A stretch of DNA of 64,000 nucleotides from Nannocystales bacterium. GTDB lineage: Bacteria > Myxococcota_A > Polyangia > Nannocystales > Nannocystaceae. Shown here piece after piece: positions 8,056-18,168 of this stretch (its first letter is position 1; the number at the start of each line of letters is the position of its first letter). Made by a program: the position numbers and the translations under genes. Location of the stretch: assembly GCA_050633305.1 (NCBI GenBank), contig JBOEGF010000009.1, forward strand, positions 94,314 through 158,313. The letters run 5' to 3'. The notes under the pieces are model-generated. The model was given only the letters and a program-made list of their open reading frames with translations, did not search any database and was not told the DNA's origin.

Positions 8056-8937
8056 TCAAATAAAGCTCGGGAGCCGAGGCGAGTTGCTCGAGGTGAGCCG
8101 CCGGTGCCAGAGCTGAACGCCGATGAAGTCGCCGGAGGGCTTGACCACGTGATCGGTGAGCCGGGCGGTGACCTTGAAGCCGAGTGTCGCGTAGACTTGG
8201 TTGCAGAACTCGTCGTCGACGGGGCTGAGGCCGAACACGCTGGCGGTGTCCATCTTGAGGAGTTCATCGAGCAGGGCCCGCATGGTGAACTCGTACTGCG
8301 GCATGTCGTCCTCCTTGAGGGGGACGGTCATGAGGTCGACCTTGGCGTGGCCGAAGGAGCTGTCCGTCTCCGCGCCAAGCCAGATCTCGCGCTTGCCCTG
8401 TTTGCCGTGGACGGCCACGTCGGGGTGGAACATGCCGCGGCGGAAGGGGGCGTAGACCGAGCCGTCTTGCAGCGTCTCGGTGATCGCCTTGAGCCGGTCC
8501 TCTTCGGTGACGACCTCGAGGTTCAGACCGCGAGGCTTGCTCTCTTGCGGCTCGCGCGAGGCGACGTTGGGGCCGGTGAGCTTGGGTGCTCCGCCTTGGA
8601 TGGGATCTCCATCCTCGGTGTAGACACGGCTCATGACGTAGGCGTCCGCGGTTCGGAAGTAGCCGGGGATGGCTCCTTCGCGAGAGAAACCGACGGAACG
8701 CCAGCTCTTGCTGTCCTGCTTCTCAACGACGGTGAACACCTTGCGCAGACCTTCGGCCCGAGCGATCCGGTCGAAGAAGTCGCGCTTCTGCTGGTAGTTG
8801 CCTACCCTGTAGTCGAACACGCGCAGGTTGTGATGGCGCCGATTCAGCAAGAAGCAGAAGTCGATGTCGCCCTTGCGGTAGTAAATCTCTTCGACGGGCT
8901 CTTCCGTTGGGACGGGAGCGGCTTGGGCTTCAGCCAT
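8056..8937 (-). CDS. GNAT-fold protein resembling beta-lysine N-acetyltransferase (AblB/YodP-like)
   Basis: N-domain LRVFDYRVGN...GFSREGAIPGYF..DAYVMSRVY and C-domain N.VYATLGF....RL resemble AblB/YodP as I recall them; acetyl-CoA motif A looks degenerate. Confidence 0.55.
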   Translation of the reverse strand: MAEAQAAPVPTEEPVEEIYYRKGDIDFCFLLNRRHHNLRVFDYRVGNYQQKRDFFDRIARAEGLRKVFTVVEKQDSKSWRSVGFSREGAIPGYFRTADAYVMSRVYTEDGDPIQGGAPKLTGPNVASREPQESKPRGLNLEVVTEEDRLKAITETLQDGSVYAPFRRGMFHPDVAVHGKQGKREIWLGAETDSSFGHAKVDLMTVPLKEDDMPQYEFTMRALLDELLKMDTASVFGLSPVDDEFCNQVYATLGFKVTARLTDHVVKPSGDFIGVQLWHRRLTSSNSPRLPSFI

Positions 8938-9083
8938 GCTTGGTTCTCGATTCAAGTCGGGGGAGAGTGTCCCGGGGGCTCGTGTCTGCTCACGCGTTCA
9001 CCGAGGGCCCTGAAAACACTACGTTTTGCCGGCCTGCGAGGCCAGCTCAGATGATTCCGTACCCCTACCACCTACATATTTTC

Positions 9084-10424
9084 ATGTCAAAGCGCGCCAA
9101 CACAATCGGCCTTGACGCAGGGCCCCGGCACCGGGTACCGGCTACCGCGCTCTGCGTGCTGAGCGCGGCCTTGGCGTGCCGACCGGAGACTGCACCGGCC
9201 CCAAAGACAGGTTGCACGAAAGATCTCGACTGCAAGGGCGAGAGAATCTGCGTCGACTCGTTGTGCGTCGACGCAGAACCGAAGGATGCCCTGCAGGGGC
9301 AGGCTGCGTCTCCAGCGTCGCCAGATGACTCCTGGAGACGGGGTGGCCCGGCGGGTGACCGCCCTTCGCGCGGGCGGGGGCCGGTGGAGCCACCCAAAGC
9401 GGCGTGGGAAGTCGATCTTGGCTCGGTTGTATTCGCGAGACCTACACTGGGGACGGACGCGAAAGGGCGCACGATCGCGTATGTGGGGACACACGCGGGC
9501 CGATTCGCGGGGGTGGTCGCAGATGGGCCCGGGGCGGGCTCCATCGTCACGGACATGACCGTGGGGGGCATGGTTTGGTCGACCGCTGCCCAGGACGGCC
9601 GAGGTCGTCTGTACGTAGGCGCCGACGACGACACGCTGTACGCAATCGAGCCCGCGGCGTCGAAGATCGTGTGGTCCAAGAAGCTCGGCGACTGCAAGCC
9701 CGCCCGAGCGCCGGGTCCCGAGGGCGCCCGGTGTGACGTGGACGGCGGTCCGACGCTGGGACCCGATGGCGACCTCTACGTCGGTGCGGACGGGGTCTAC
9801 CGCATCACGACCGGGGGCGCCGTGGTCTGGCATTGGCCCGCGGACGAGGACAAGGCCAAACACGTGTTCTCGAGCCCTTTGGTCACCAAGGAGGGGTTGG
9901 TCGTGTTCGGGGGCCAGGACGGCTTCGTCACCGCGCTCAACTCGGACGGAACGCTCGCGTGGCGGTACAAGGTGGGGGCCGATGTCGACGGCTCCGCTGC
10001 CGCTGGGATCGAGGGGTCGATCTACATCGGAGCCGACGACGGCCGCATGTTTGCCCTGCGCACAGATGGCAGCCTCAAATGGAGCTTCGTCTCTCAGAGC
10101 GACATCCGCTCCTCGGTCGCGGTTGCGGCCGATGGCACGATCTACCTGTCGTCGTTCGACGGGAACCTCTACAGCCTCGACCCCGCGGGGAACGTCCATT
10201 GGATGCTTCCATCCGGAGGTCGAATCGCGGCGTCCCCGGTGCTCGATGCCGACGAGGTCGTCTACGTGGGGAGCCAGGATGACCGACTGTATGCCGTGAC
10301 GCCGGAGGGCAAGGTACGGTGGAACGTCGAGTTCCCGACCGACATCGACAGCTCGGTGGCGATCACCGACGCGGGGACGCTGGTGGTCGGGTCCGACGAC
10401 GGCAAGCTTCGCGGTTTGCGTTGA
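9084..10424 (+). CDS. PQQ-like beta-propeller repeat lipoprotein (BamB-like)
   Basis: Repeated IYVG.DDG.LYAL...G...W units; lipobox ALAC; small Cys motif CTKDLDCKGERICVDSLC. Start uncertain. Confidence 0.85.
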   Translation: MSKRANTIGLDAGPRHRVPATALCVLSAALACRPETAPAPKTGCTKDLDCKGERICVDSLCVDAEPKDALQGQAASPASPDDSWRRGGPAGDRPSRGRGPVEPPKAAWEVDLGSVVFARPTLGTDAKGRTIAYVGTHAGRFAGVVADGPGAGSIVTDMTVGGMVWSTAAQDGRGRLYVGADDDTLYAIEPAASKIVWSKKLGDCKPARAPGPEGARCDVDGGPTLGPDGDLYVGADGVYRITTGGAVVWHWPADEDKAKHVFSSPLVTKEGLVVFGGQDGFVTALNSDGTLAWRYKVGADVDGSAAAGIEGSIYIGADDGRMFALRTDGSLKWSFVSQSDIRSSVAVAADGTIYLSSFDGNLYSLDPAGNVHWMLPSGGRIAASPVLDADEVVYVGSQDDRLYAVTPEGKVRWNVEFPTDIDSSVAITDAGTLVVGSDDGKLRGLR

Positions 10425-10511
10425 ACGCTCGCCTGGACTCCCGAGCATGGTCCCACGGGGACCGGTGGGGCCGGGTTTTCCGTTCGTCGGTTGGACTGAT
10501 AGCGTGCCGCC

Positions 10512-12740
10512 GTGGCTCGCAAGCCGAAACCGAAACCGAAGACGAAGGCTGCCAAGGCGAAGGCCAAGCGCGGCTCCCGAGGTTCTTCGACGGGCAGTCC
10601 GAAGCGCGGTTCCTCGAAGCCGTCGTGGCCCAAGGGATCGACGCGCCGCAAGCCCGCGGGGTCCGCCTCTTCTGCGGACTCGGGCTGGGAGCCCAAGACG
10701 CCGGGACGTGTGCGCCCGGGCGCGGCTCCTCGTCCCAGTGCGCCCCCGAGCGCGCGACACGACTCCTCGTCCGACCCACGGATCGTGCAAGGGAAGCTGC
10801 TCGTGAACCCGGCCGGGTTTGCGTTCGTCGACCGCGGCGACGGAGAGCCCTCTGTGTTCGTGCCGCCGCCGGAGCGCAACGGCGGAATGGATGGTGACCA
10901 GGTCATCGTATCGTGGACGCCTGGCGCACGAGGTCCCGAGGGCAGCGTTCGCTCGGTCATCTCCCGCGCACGGACTCGGGTGACCGGTGTGCTTCGCCGT
11001 CGTGGTCGTCGGTTGTTCATCGAGCCCGATGACCCGCGCGTCTTGGGAGAAGCCGACGTGTTGGCTGACACCACCGCGTCTCCGGGCATGGTCGTGGTCG
11101 CCACGATCGTCGACTACCCCGACCCTTGGAAAGACGGGTTCTCGGTCACCGTCGAACGGGTGTTGGGCGAGCCCGGGTCGCTGGCGACCGAAGAAGAGCG
11201 TGTCCTCGTTGAACATGGCGTCAATCCGCACCTCCCCCAGGCGGTGCTCGATGCTGCCGAACTCGTCCCGAATCGCGTGATGAAGGCGGACCGCGAGAAC
11301 CGGGCGGACATGCGGGAGTTCGACTTCATGACGATCGACCCGCCCGACGCGCGGGACTTTGACGACGCAGTGTGTGTCGAGCTGCTGGGCAAGGACCCGC
11401 GGCGAGCCAAGATGCGCGTCCACGTGGCGGTTGCAGACGTGTCGCACTACGTGCACGAAGGCGACATCTTCGATACCGAGGCTCGCAACCGGTACTTCTC
11501 CTGCTACCTGCCCTCTCGGGTCATTCCGATGCTTCCGATGCCGCTGAGCGCTGGGATCTGCTCGTTGGTGCCGAAGAAGGAACGCTGCGCGATGGTGGTC
11601 TCCTTCGACGTGGATGCGAGCGGCCGGATGAGCAAGGCCGAGGTCGCTGCGGCGGTCATCAAGTCGAAGGCGCGCCTCTCCTACGACCAGGCTGCAGCGC
11701 ACATGAGCGGCGCCAAGCTGCTCGACGAGGAGGTCGGGGCGCGTGTCGTCATGCTGCGCGCCGCGGCAGACCGACTTCGATCGGCTCGGCTCAAGCGTGG
11801 CGCGGTCGAGCTGCACCTGCCCGAGACGAAGGTCATTCTCGATGAGGATGACCGCGAACGGGTTCGCGACGTGGTGCAGGCCCGGCAGGATCCGGAGATG
11901 AAGCGCGCCTACAACCTCGTCGAGGAGCTGATGGTCGCCGCAAACGAGGGGGTGGGGCAGCTCGCCGTGGAGCACCGGCTTCCCGTGGTGTTTCGTGCTC
12001 ACGACCGCCCGGACGAGGCGCGAATCGAGCGTTTCACGCAGGTCGCGGGTTTGCTTGGCGTGGAGGTGTCCGCGGAGGACCTACGCTCCCCGCTGGCGTT
12101 TGGCGCCTTGCTCGAGCGCCTCGAGGATCATGAACGTCGGGCCCCGCTCAACGCACTGTTGTTGCGTACGCTCGCCCAGGCCGAGTACTCGACGCACAAC
12201 CTGGGTCACTTCGCGCTGGCGAGTCCGGCCTACGTGCACTTCACCAGCCCCATTCGTCGCTACCCCGACCTGATCAGCCACCGGGTGCTCAAGGCGTACC
12301 TGCGGCAGACCGGTGGCTTCTGCGGGCCCGACCCGGTGCCGCGAATGCCCTCGATGCGTGACAGCACCGCGCAGGCGGGAGCGTGCAGCGAGAAGGAGCG
12401 ATCGGTCACTCAGGCTGAGCGGGACGCCAAGGCGCTGCTGTGTGCTGCGTTCATGCGCGACCGGATCGGGGACCGTTTCGAGGCGTCGATCAACGGCATG
12501 TCGCAAGGAGGCCTGTACGTCACCCTCGACGCCCCTGCTGTCGATGGCATGGTCCGTCGGGCTCAGATCGAGCGGGAACTCCGAGAGAAGTTCGAGGTCG
12601 ACGACATGGGCGCCATCATGACCGGGGTCAAGAGCGGAAAGACGTTCGCGGTGGGCGACCGGCTCATCGTCGAGATCACCGACGTGTCGCTCCAGCGTCG
12701 CCAGATCGAAATGGCGATGGTCAGCAAGCTCAGCGACTAA
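10512..12740 (+). CDS. rnr: Ribonuclease R (VacB/RNase II family)
   Basis: TIDPPDARDFDDA, HVAVADVSHYV, HFALASPAYVHFTSPIRRYPDL, C-terminal S1 domain. Confidence 0.93.
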   Translation: MARKPKPKPKTKAAKAKAKRGSRGSSTGSPKRGSSKPSWPKGSTRRKPAGSASSADSGWEPKTPGRVRPGAAPRPSAPPSARHDSSSDPRIVQGKLLVNPAGFAFVDRGDGEPSVFVPPPERNGGMDGDQVIVSWTPGARGPEGSVRSVISRARTRVTGVLRRRGRRLFIEPDDPRVLGEADVLADTTASPGMVVVATIVDYPDPWKDGFSVTVERVLGEPGSLATEEERVLVEHGVNPHLPQAVLDAAELVPNRVMKADRENRADMREFDFMTIDPPDARDFDDAVCVELLGKDPRRAKMRVHVAVADVSHYVHEGDIFDTEARNRYFSCYLPSRVIPMLPMPLSAGICSLVPKKERCAMVVSFDVDASGRMSKAEVAAAVIKSKARLSYDQAAAHMSGAKLLDEEVGARVVMLRAAADRLRSARLKRGAVELHLPETKVILDEDDRERVRDVVQARQDPEMKRAYNLVEELMVAANEGVGQLAVEHRLPVVFRAHDRPDEARIERFTQVAGLLGVEVSAEDLRSPLAFGALLERLEDHERRAPLNALLLRTLAQAEYSTHNLGHFALASPAYVHFTSPIRRYPDLISHRVLKAYLRQTGGFCGPDPVPRMPSMRDSTAQAGACSEKERSVTQAERDAKALLCAAFMRDRIGDRFEASINGMSQGGLYVTLDAPAVDGMVRRAQIERELREKFEVDDMGAIMTGVKSGKTFAVGDRLIVEITDVSLQRRQIEMAMVSKLSD

Positions 12741-13612
12741 CCGGGGTCGCTGTCGGGCTCGGGAACCTCGAGCGCGTCACCAATGGCCCACTGGGTCTGT
12801 GGCACGCGTTCGAGTCCTGCGATCGGATGGGCGATGACGCTGACGCCCTCGTCCACATGCACGACGTGCCGCTTGGTCTCCGAGGGCACGATGCGCGGCG
12901 CGTTTGGACTCGCCTGCTCGAAGGCGTGGAGCTGGCTGTCGAACTCGGCCTGCTCAGCCTCGCTGGGATGCAGGGAACCCGCGGCACGCAGTGCATAGCC
13001 CTGCAGTGCGGGGGCGTCGAACGGCTCGGCAAGCGCGCTGACGGCATGCCACAGCTCGGCATGCACGGCGAAGTCTTCGGCGCAGGCCGCCAGGGGGAGC
13101 AGGAGGCCTTCCTCGCAGGCCGTCATGGCGTCCTCGAACGCCTCACGCTGGGCGGAGACGTACGCGATGCACAGCAGGGCGCTCTTGTGGCTGGGCACCT
13201 GTGGGGCTTCGGGGATCTGCAGCGCCCGATGAGCAGCAGCGAGCGCATCGTCAGGGCGACCGACGTCACGGTACGCGAACGCGGCGTTGATCAGCTGGCG
13301 GCCCGCCGATGGATCTCCGTGTCGCGCGAATCGCTTGGCCGCCTCGACCCAGGTGTCTGCGGCTTCGCGCAGAGAATCGGTTTTCGCCAGTGCGTAGCCC
13401 AGTCGCGCCTGGCTTCCGGCCATCTCCATGCTGTCGTCGCCGAAGAAGGCCGCGTCGAACCGTACCCCGCAGTGCATCGCGAGCACCTCGTCGAGTTCGA
13501 GCATCTCGTGCACGACGCTTGCCGTCTCGTTCGACGACCCGGGCAGTTGGGTCATGAGCGTCTCGAATCGTTCGAGCAGCCCCGGCAGGGCCTCGCGAGG
13601 ATCGGTGGCCAC
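12737..13612 (-). CDS. Hypothetical helical/TPR-like protein
   Basis: Ala-rich helical repeats (INAAFAYRDVGRPDDALAAAHRAL); lies 5 nt downstream of the barrel gene on the same strand. Confidence 0.6.
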   Translation of the reverse strand: MATDPREALPGLLERFETLMTQLPGSSNETASVVHEMLELDEVLAMHCGVRFDAAFFGDDSMEMAGSQARLGYALAKTDSLREAADTWVEAAKRFARHGDPSAGRQLINAAFAYRDVGRPDDALAAAHRALQIPEAPQVPSHKSALLCIAYVSAQREAFEDAMTACEEGLLLPLAACAEDFAVHAELWHAVSALAEPFDAPALQGYALRAAGSLHPSEAEQAEFDSQLHAFEQASPNAPRIVPSETKRHVVHVDEGVSVIAHPIAGLERVPQTQWAIGDALEVPEPDSDPG

Positions 13613-13617
13613 GGCTG

Positions 13618-14466
13618 CTAGAACTCAATCGCGAGGCCGGCAAACCAGGTGGCATCGCCGACGCTGATCGAGTTGCCAATACCGAGGTTGTCCAGTCGGC
13701 TGAACGAGAACTCGCCGAACACGTAGGTGTGGTTGATCCCCGTGGTCTGATCGAGCTTCTTGGCGGTGCCGCGCTCGATGAAGTCGAGGCGGAGCATCAT
13801 GCCGGCGTTGAGCGTGTAACCCCAGACCCCGCCGAGGCCCTTGTCGCCGTCTTCGTCTCTGGCGATGTTGCGGCGACCGTCCCGGGCCCAATACAGGGCG
13901 TACGTCGGGCCCGCCTTGGCGTACGGCACCAGTGGCACCTTGAAGCGATCGGCGAGCAACTCGAAGCGGTAGCTGATCAGTGCCGAGACCGGCAACAGCG
14001 TGAACGTGGCACTATCGGCCGAGCTGCGGATGGTGGTGTCTTCGGGGGTGGGGTTGGCGAGGATCGCGGAGGCCTTGTCGCGGAAGAACGCAACTTGGGT
14101 GCCCAGGCCGAGCGGTCCACCCGCGTAGAAGAACTGCCAGTCGAAGCCGAGCACCGGCATCAGACCATTCTTGGGCTCTTCGGTTGCCACCCCGCCGCTG
14201 TCCGTTTCGCCGAACAGGGTGGCGTAGGGCCCGAGACCCGACCCGTCGTACTTGCGGTCGATGTCCGGCAGGTACGGACCCATTTTGATCTCGACCGCAA
14301 ATCGCTGTGGCGAGCCAGGGCGCTTGAACTTGTCCCTGCGGCGGGCCCCGAAGTCGACGCTGCTTTGGCGTTCGAGCGCCTCGTCCGAGGGCGTCCCGGG
14401 CGGCGGCGCATCATCGGTGGCCGGCGCTGCGAGGAGCGCGGCTGCGAGAAGTCCCGCGGGGTTCAT
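13618..14466 (-). CDS. Outer-membrane beta-barrel protein, MXAN_2562-like
   Basis: Signal peptide, SPQRFAVEIKMGPYLPDID, PLVPYAKAG, GINHTYVFGE, terminal WFAGLAIEF; family name from recall. Confidence 0.75.
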   Translation of the reverse strand: MNPAGLLAAALLAAPATDDAPPPGTPSDEALERQSSVDFGARRRDKFKRPGSPQRFAVEIKMGPYLPDIDRKYDGSGLGPYATLFGETDSGGVATEEPKNGLMPVLGFDWQFFYAGGPLGLGTQVAFFRDKASAILANPTPEDTTIRSSADSATFTLLPVSALISYRFELLADRFKVPLVPYAKAGPTYALYWARDGRRNIARDEDGDKGLGGVWGYTLNAGMMLRLDFIERGTAKKLDQTTGINHTYVFGEFSFSRLDNLGIGNSISVGDATWFAGLAIEF

Positions 14467-16268
14467 GCCTGACCTCCCGCGCTGCGGCGACGGCGAGCGA
14501 CGAGTCCCAACAGTCCGGTCAGCAGCAGCCAGCCGGCGTCGTGTCGAGAGGGGCCATCCGTGGTGCAGCTGCAGAAACCACCTTTGCCGCAGATCTCACC
14601 CTGTGCGTTGCACTGCTCCCACAGGTCCGTGGTCTCGCGCGGCGTCGCGATGAAGACCTCGGACGCCGAGACCGGGTTGCCGGCGTAGTCGAAGGCGACC
14701 AGCAGGACCTGATAATCGCGGTCGTTGGTGAGGCCGTCGATGCGCGCCGTGCTTGCGTTGGCCGCGATGAAGTCGGAACAGACGTAGTCCCAGTGCAGGG
14801 TTTCGATGCCCGAAGTGTCGAGGCCGTCGGTGTCCGTGCCGGAGTCGGTATCGGTGTCGGTTTCGGTGGAACTCGTTGTCGTGGAGCTCGCCGTTGCGGT
14901 GGTGGTCGTGGCTCCGGAGGTCATCCCGGGCTCGCCGGTCGTGCCGGCCTCACACACCATGCAGCCGGTGTCGCCCTTTGCCTCGTTGGCGCAGGCGGCA
15001 TCCCAGCGGTCGGCGCAGCAGTACTCGAAACCCTCGACCTGGCAAACCGCCAGCGTGCACTCACTGTCTGCGCAGCTGGGGGAGGTGTTCTCGGCGCAAC
15101 AGTTTCCCGCGCCTCCGCAGACCTCGCAGTAGTCGTTCGCCAGAGCCGCGCATGCTTCGCTCCACGTGTCCGCGCAGTCTCCCAGCTCAGCGGCGACGGC
15201 GGCGAGGCAGGTGTTGTCGCTGCAGCTGCCGACCCCGCAGCAGTCCCCGGTCCCGCCATGGGCAACGCCGGGCTCTGCTCCGAACTCCGAAGCGCCGCTC
15301 GTGCCGCCCCCGGTCTCCCCACCGCCGTCGGTGTCGCCATCGGTATCCCCGCCGTCGGTATCGCTGCTACCCGGAAGGATGGGGTCAGGATCAGGGTCGA
15401 CGTCGACCTGGTCGAAGGGCCCGTCAGGGCAAAGGTTCTCCGCCGTGTAGTAGACGGTGCCACGGTTCTCGGCGGTGACCGACGAGATGCTGAAGCCCTT
15501 GCTCGCCACAGGAGTGCCGTCGGCGTTGGCACAAAGCGCGCGGTAGCCCTGGATGTCGGTCGTCGTGGAGTTGTCCCACTTGATGACCACGGATCCGTCC
15601 CCGCCGGATGCACGAAAGTCCGTGGCGTTGATGGTCGGAGCGAGGAAGTCGAAGGTCAGCGCGGGAGTGTTTCCGTCGGCGTCCGAGATCTCGGTCTGCG
15701 TCCCTTGGATGACGAACTCACCCACTTGGCAATCGGTTTGATCACCGTCCTCAACGCAGACCCAAATGCCGCCGTCTCCGGTCTGTGCGTCGCAGCCGTA
15801 TCGGGCCTCCGCTGTGTTGATGTCCCGAGGGCTCCCGGGGGTCACGCCGGTCGCCAACCATAAGGGGTTGAACTCGAAGTCGATATTGCGGGTGTATGTG
15901 TTGGTAAAGTCGTTGATCGCGAGGGCGCACGGGAAGTTCTGCTGGTTGTTTCCTGCCTCCGCCGTACCGCAGTTGTTCCCGATGTAGGCGCGGACTGGGA
16001 CTGAGTCGAGCGCCGTACCGCTCTGGAGCCGGATGCGCGCCGACACGGCCTGACCACACTCGCAGCGGGCCTTGTTCACGTACCCCCGCAGGTCGTTCGC
16101 GGTCATCTGACGACCGCGAGTTCCGTCCGCCTTGGTCGTCCAGTATTGGATCGTGAAGTCGTCCGCCGTTGGGGGGGCGGCGGCTGCCGACTGAGGCTGC
16201 ACAAGCGTCATCAGCCCCCCCAAAAGGGTGGCTCCCAGACGACTGAATCGGACGAGGGCTGAGCTCAT
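14463..16268 (-). CDS. MYXO-CTERM-anchored FN3/Cys-rich surface protein, MXAN_2561-like
   Basis: Signal peptide; GLTNDRDYQVLLVAFDYAGN..ATPRETTDLW; GGFCSC..WLLLTGLLGLVARRRR; ATGA overlap with the barrel gene. Confidence 0.75.
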   Translation of the reverse strand: MSSALVRFSRLGATLLGGLMTLVQPQSAAAAPPTADDFTIQYWTTKADGTRGRQMTANDLRGYVNKARCECGQAVSARIRLQSGTALDSVPVRAYIGNNCGTAEAGNNQQNFPCALAINDFTNTYTRNIDFEFNPLWLATGVTPGSPRDINTAEARYGCDAQTGDGGIWVCVEDGDQTDCQVGEFVIQGTQTEISDADGNTPALTFDFLAPTINATDFRASGGDGSVVIKWDNSTTTDIQGYRALCANADGTPVASKGFSISSVTAENRGTVYYTAENLCPDGPFDQVDVDPDPDPILPGSSDTDGGDTDGDTDGGGETGGGTSGASEFGAEPGVAHGGTGDCCGVGSCSDNTCLAAVAAELGDCADTWSEACAALANDYCEVCGGAGNCCAENTSPSCADSECTLAVCQVEGFEYCCADRWDAACANEAKGDTGCMVCEAGTTGEPGMTSGATTTTATASSTTTSSTETDTDTDSGTDTDGLDTSGIETLHWDYVCSDFIAANASTARIDGLTNDRDYQVLLVAFDYAGNPVSASEVFIATPRETTDLWEQCNAQGEICGKGGFCSCTTDGPSRHDAGWLLLTGLLGLVARRRRSAGGQA

Positions 16269-16523
16269 GGCGAAGCGGGAAGGCAGGGTGCAACGATGAT
16301 GCCACCAAAGGATGCGAGCAGACGCACCGGTTGGCGGTTTCGAACGACGCGCATCGTGGACGAGATGGCTCCGGCCGGCAAGGGGCCGTGACGAAATGGC
16401 AATCGGGTCCGCCCGCCGACGTCAGTGGCCACGATCGGGTCGGCCAATCGCTTCGCAAAGGTGCCATACTCCCTGCATGGGATTCTCGCGCACACGGCGA
16501 GACTGCCCCGAAGAAGAAGACAC

Positions 16524-17093
16524 ATGGGTTTCACGCGACTGGACGACGAAATCGAGTTCACCCTCCTCAAGGCGCGCCGGCTGTTTTTTTCCGGCGGCGT
16601 GGGCGGGGACTCGGCCACCGATGCGATTCGCAAGCTCTGGTACCTGGAGCTGACGGGTAAGGGAGAGCCGATCACGCTCGTCATCAACAGCCCCGGGGGC
16701 TCGGTCGATGCCGGCTACGCGGTCTGGGATCAGGTCAAGTTGATCTCCTCGCCGGTCCGCACGCTGGTCACCGGGATGGCGGCTTCAATGGGCTCCATCC
16801 TCTCGCTCGTGGCCCCGAAGGGCAGCCGCTATGCGACCAAGAACGCCCGCTTCATGATCCACCAGCCCTCGATGGGCGGAATTACGGGCCCGGCCACGGA
16901 TATCGCGATCACCGCCGAGGAGATCGTCAAGACCCGGGACAAGATCACGGATGTCTATGCCGAGGCCACCGGGCAGCCCCGCGAGAAGATCGTCAAGGCG
17001 CTCGACCGCGACACCTGGATGTCGCCCGACGAGGCGCTCGACTTTGGCCTGATCGACAAGGTCGTCGAGTCGTTCGACGAAGTCGGGGCCTGA
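16524..17093 (+). CDS. clpP: ATP-dependent Clp protease proteolytic subunit
   Basis: [16 protein letters not shown] (catalytic Ser), FMIHQP, LDRDTWM, FGLIDKV. Confidence 0.95.
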   Translation: MGFTRLDDEIEFTLLKARRLFFSGGVGGDSATDAIRKLWYLELTGKGEPITLVINSPGGSVDAGYAVWDQVKLISSPVRTLVTGMAASMGSILSLVAPKGSRYATKNARFMIHQPSMGGITGPATDIAITAEEIVKTRDKITDVYAEATGQPREKIVKALDRDTWMSPDEALDFGLIDKVVESFDEVGA

Positions 17094-17210
17094 TCCTCAA
17101 CTGAACCTCGCGGGTCCGGCCTTTGGGTCTGGCTCCGTGTTCACGCCCGGTCGAGCGCTCGGATCACTCCGGGCATCTCGGCAGGGCGTCTGTCGTTGTG
17201 GGGCAGAGGG

Positions 17211-18128
17211 CTATGAGCTTTGGGCTCGCGCATGCACGCTGGCGATGGCTGCGGCGATGGCTTCAGGAACCTCCTCTTGAAGGAAGTGTCCGGCGTCGGT
17301 CACCGTCAGTTCCGCTCGCGGAAGCTCCCGTTCGTGTCGACGCAGCGCGCGGCCCAGGATCGGATCCCGCGAACCCCAGACCAGACCGGTGGGCCCCTCG
17401 AACTCCGAGAGCCACGCTCCACCCTCCCGCAGGGCCGTCATCGACGGGTGCTCGGGGCCGTCGGGCACCATCCGGGCCAAGGCCAGGGGCCCGACGCGGT
17501 CGGCAGGGCGACGCAGTGGCCAGCGGTAGGCCTTTGCGACGCGTCCGCGAATCGACCGGCGATCGCCTTGCACAGCCCACATCGCGTTCTGGGGAAAGCC
17601 GAGTCCCCGGAAGGCGAGGTCGGAGACCACCGGGAGCCGCGCGAACGCGTGGAAGCTGCTGCCTCGCGGTCGGCTGGGGACGAACACCGCGGTGTTGCCT
17701 AGGACGATGCCTCGCACGCGGTCGGGCAGGGCGCGGGCGAGCTGAACCGCAAGCGGTCCACCCCAGTCTTGTCCCACGACGATGAAGGGACCGGGAACCA
17801 GAGCATTGATCAGGGCGACCAAGGTCTCGGCGTGGTTGACGATCGTATGATCGACCGCACTGCGCAGTCGGGCGGAGAGCCCGAATCCCAGCAGATCGGG
17901 GGCCACACAGCGAAAGCCGGGCAGGGCGGCGATGACCTTGCGCCACAGGAACGACCAGGTCGGGTTTCCATGCACGAGAACCACGGCCGGGGCATCGGGG
18001 GGGCCTTCGTCGAGGACGTGCATCGCCCGGCCTGCGTAGGGGCCCTCCTCCAGCTCAAACGTGCACCGCTGCACCGGGAGCATTTCGTCGAGCCAGCGAG
18101 GCAGCGGGGGCGCAGGACGGACGGCCAC
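17211..18128 (-). CDS. Alpha/beta hydrolase, haloalkane dehalogenase-like
   Basis: HGNPTWSFLWR, PDLLGFGLS, GQDWGG, AGHFLQEE. Confidence 0.88.
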   Translation of the reverse strand: MAVRPAPPLPRWLDEMLPVQRCTFELEEGPYAGRAMHVLDEGPPDAPAVVLVHGNPTWSFLWRKVIAALPGFRCVAPDLLGFGLSARLRSAVDHTIVNHAETLVALINALVPGPFIVVGQDWGGPLAVQLARALPDRVRGIVLGNTAVFVPSRPRGSSFHAFARLPVVSDLAFRGLGFPQNAMWAVQGDRRSIRGRVAKAYRWPLRRPADRVGPLALARMVPDGPEHPSMTALREGGAWLSEFEGPTGLVWGSRDPILGRALRRHERELPRAELTVTDAGHFLQEEVPEAIAAAIASVHARAQSS

Positions 18129-18168
18129 GCGCGGGTTCTACTTCACGCGCGTGGCAATCGCCAGACGC

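Noticed and set aside
9087..12002. 971-aa minus-strand ORF
   Set aside because: Antisense shadow of the beta-propeller gene and rnr.
16388..16415. GTGACGAAA upstream of clpP resembling the cassette-3 -35 box
   Set aside because: No GCAA-like box at the required spacing.
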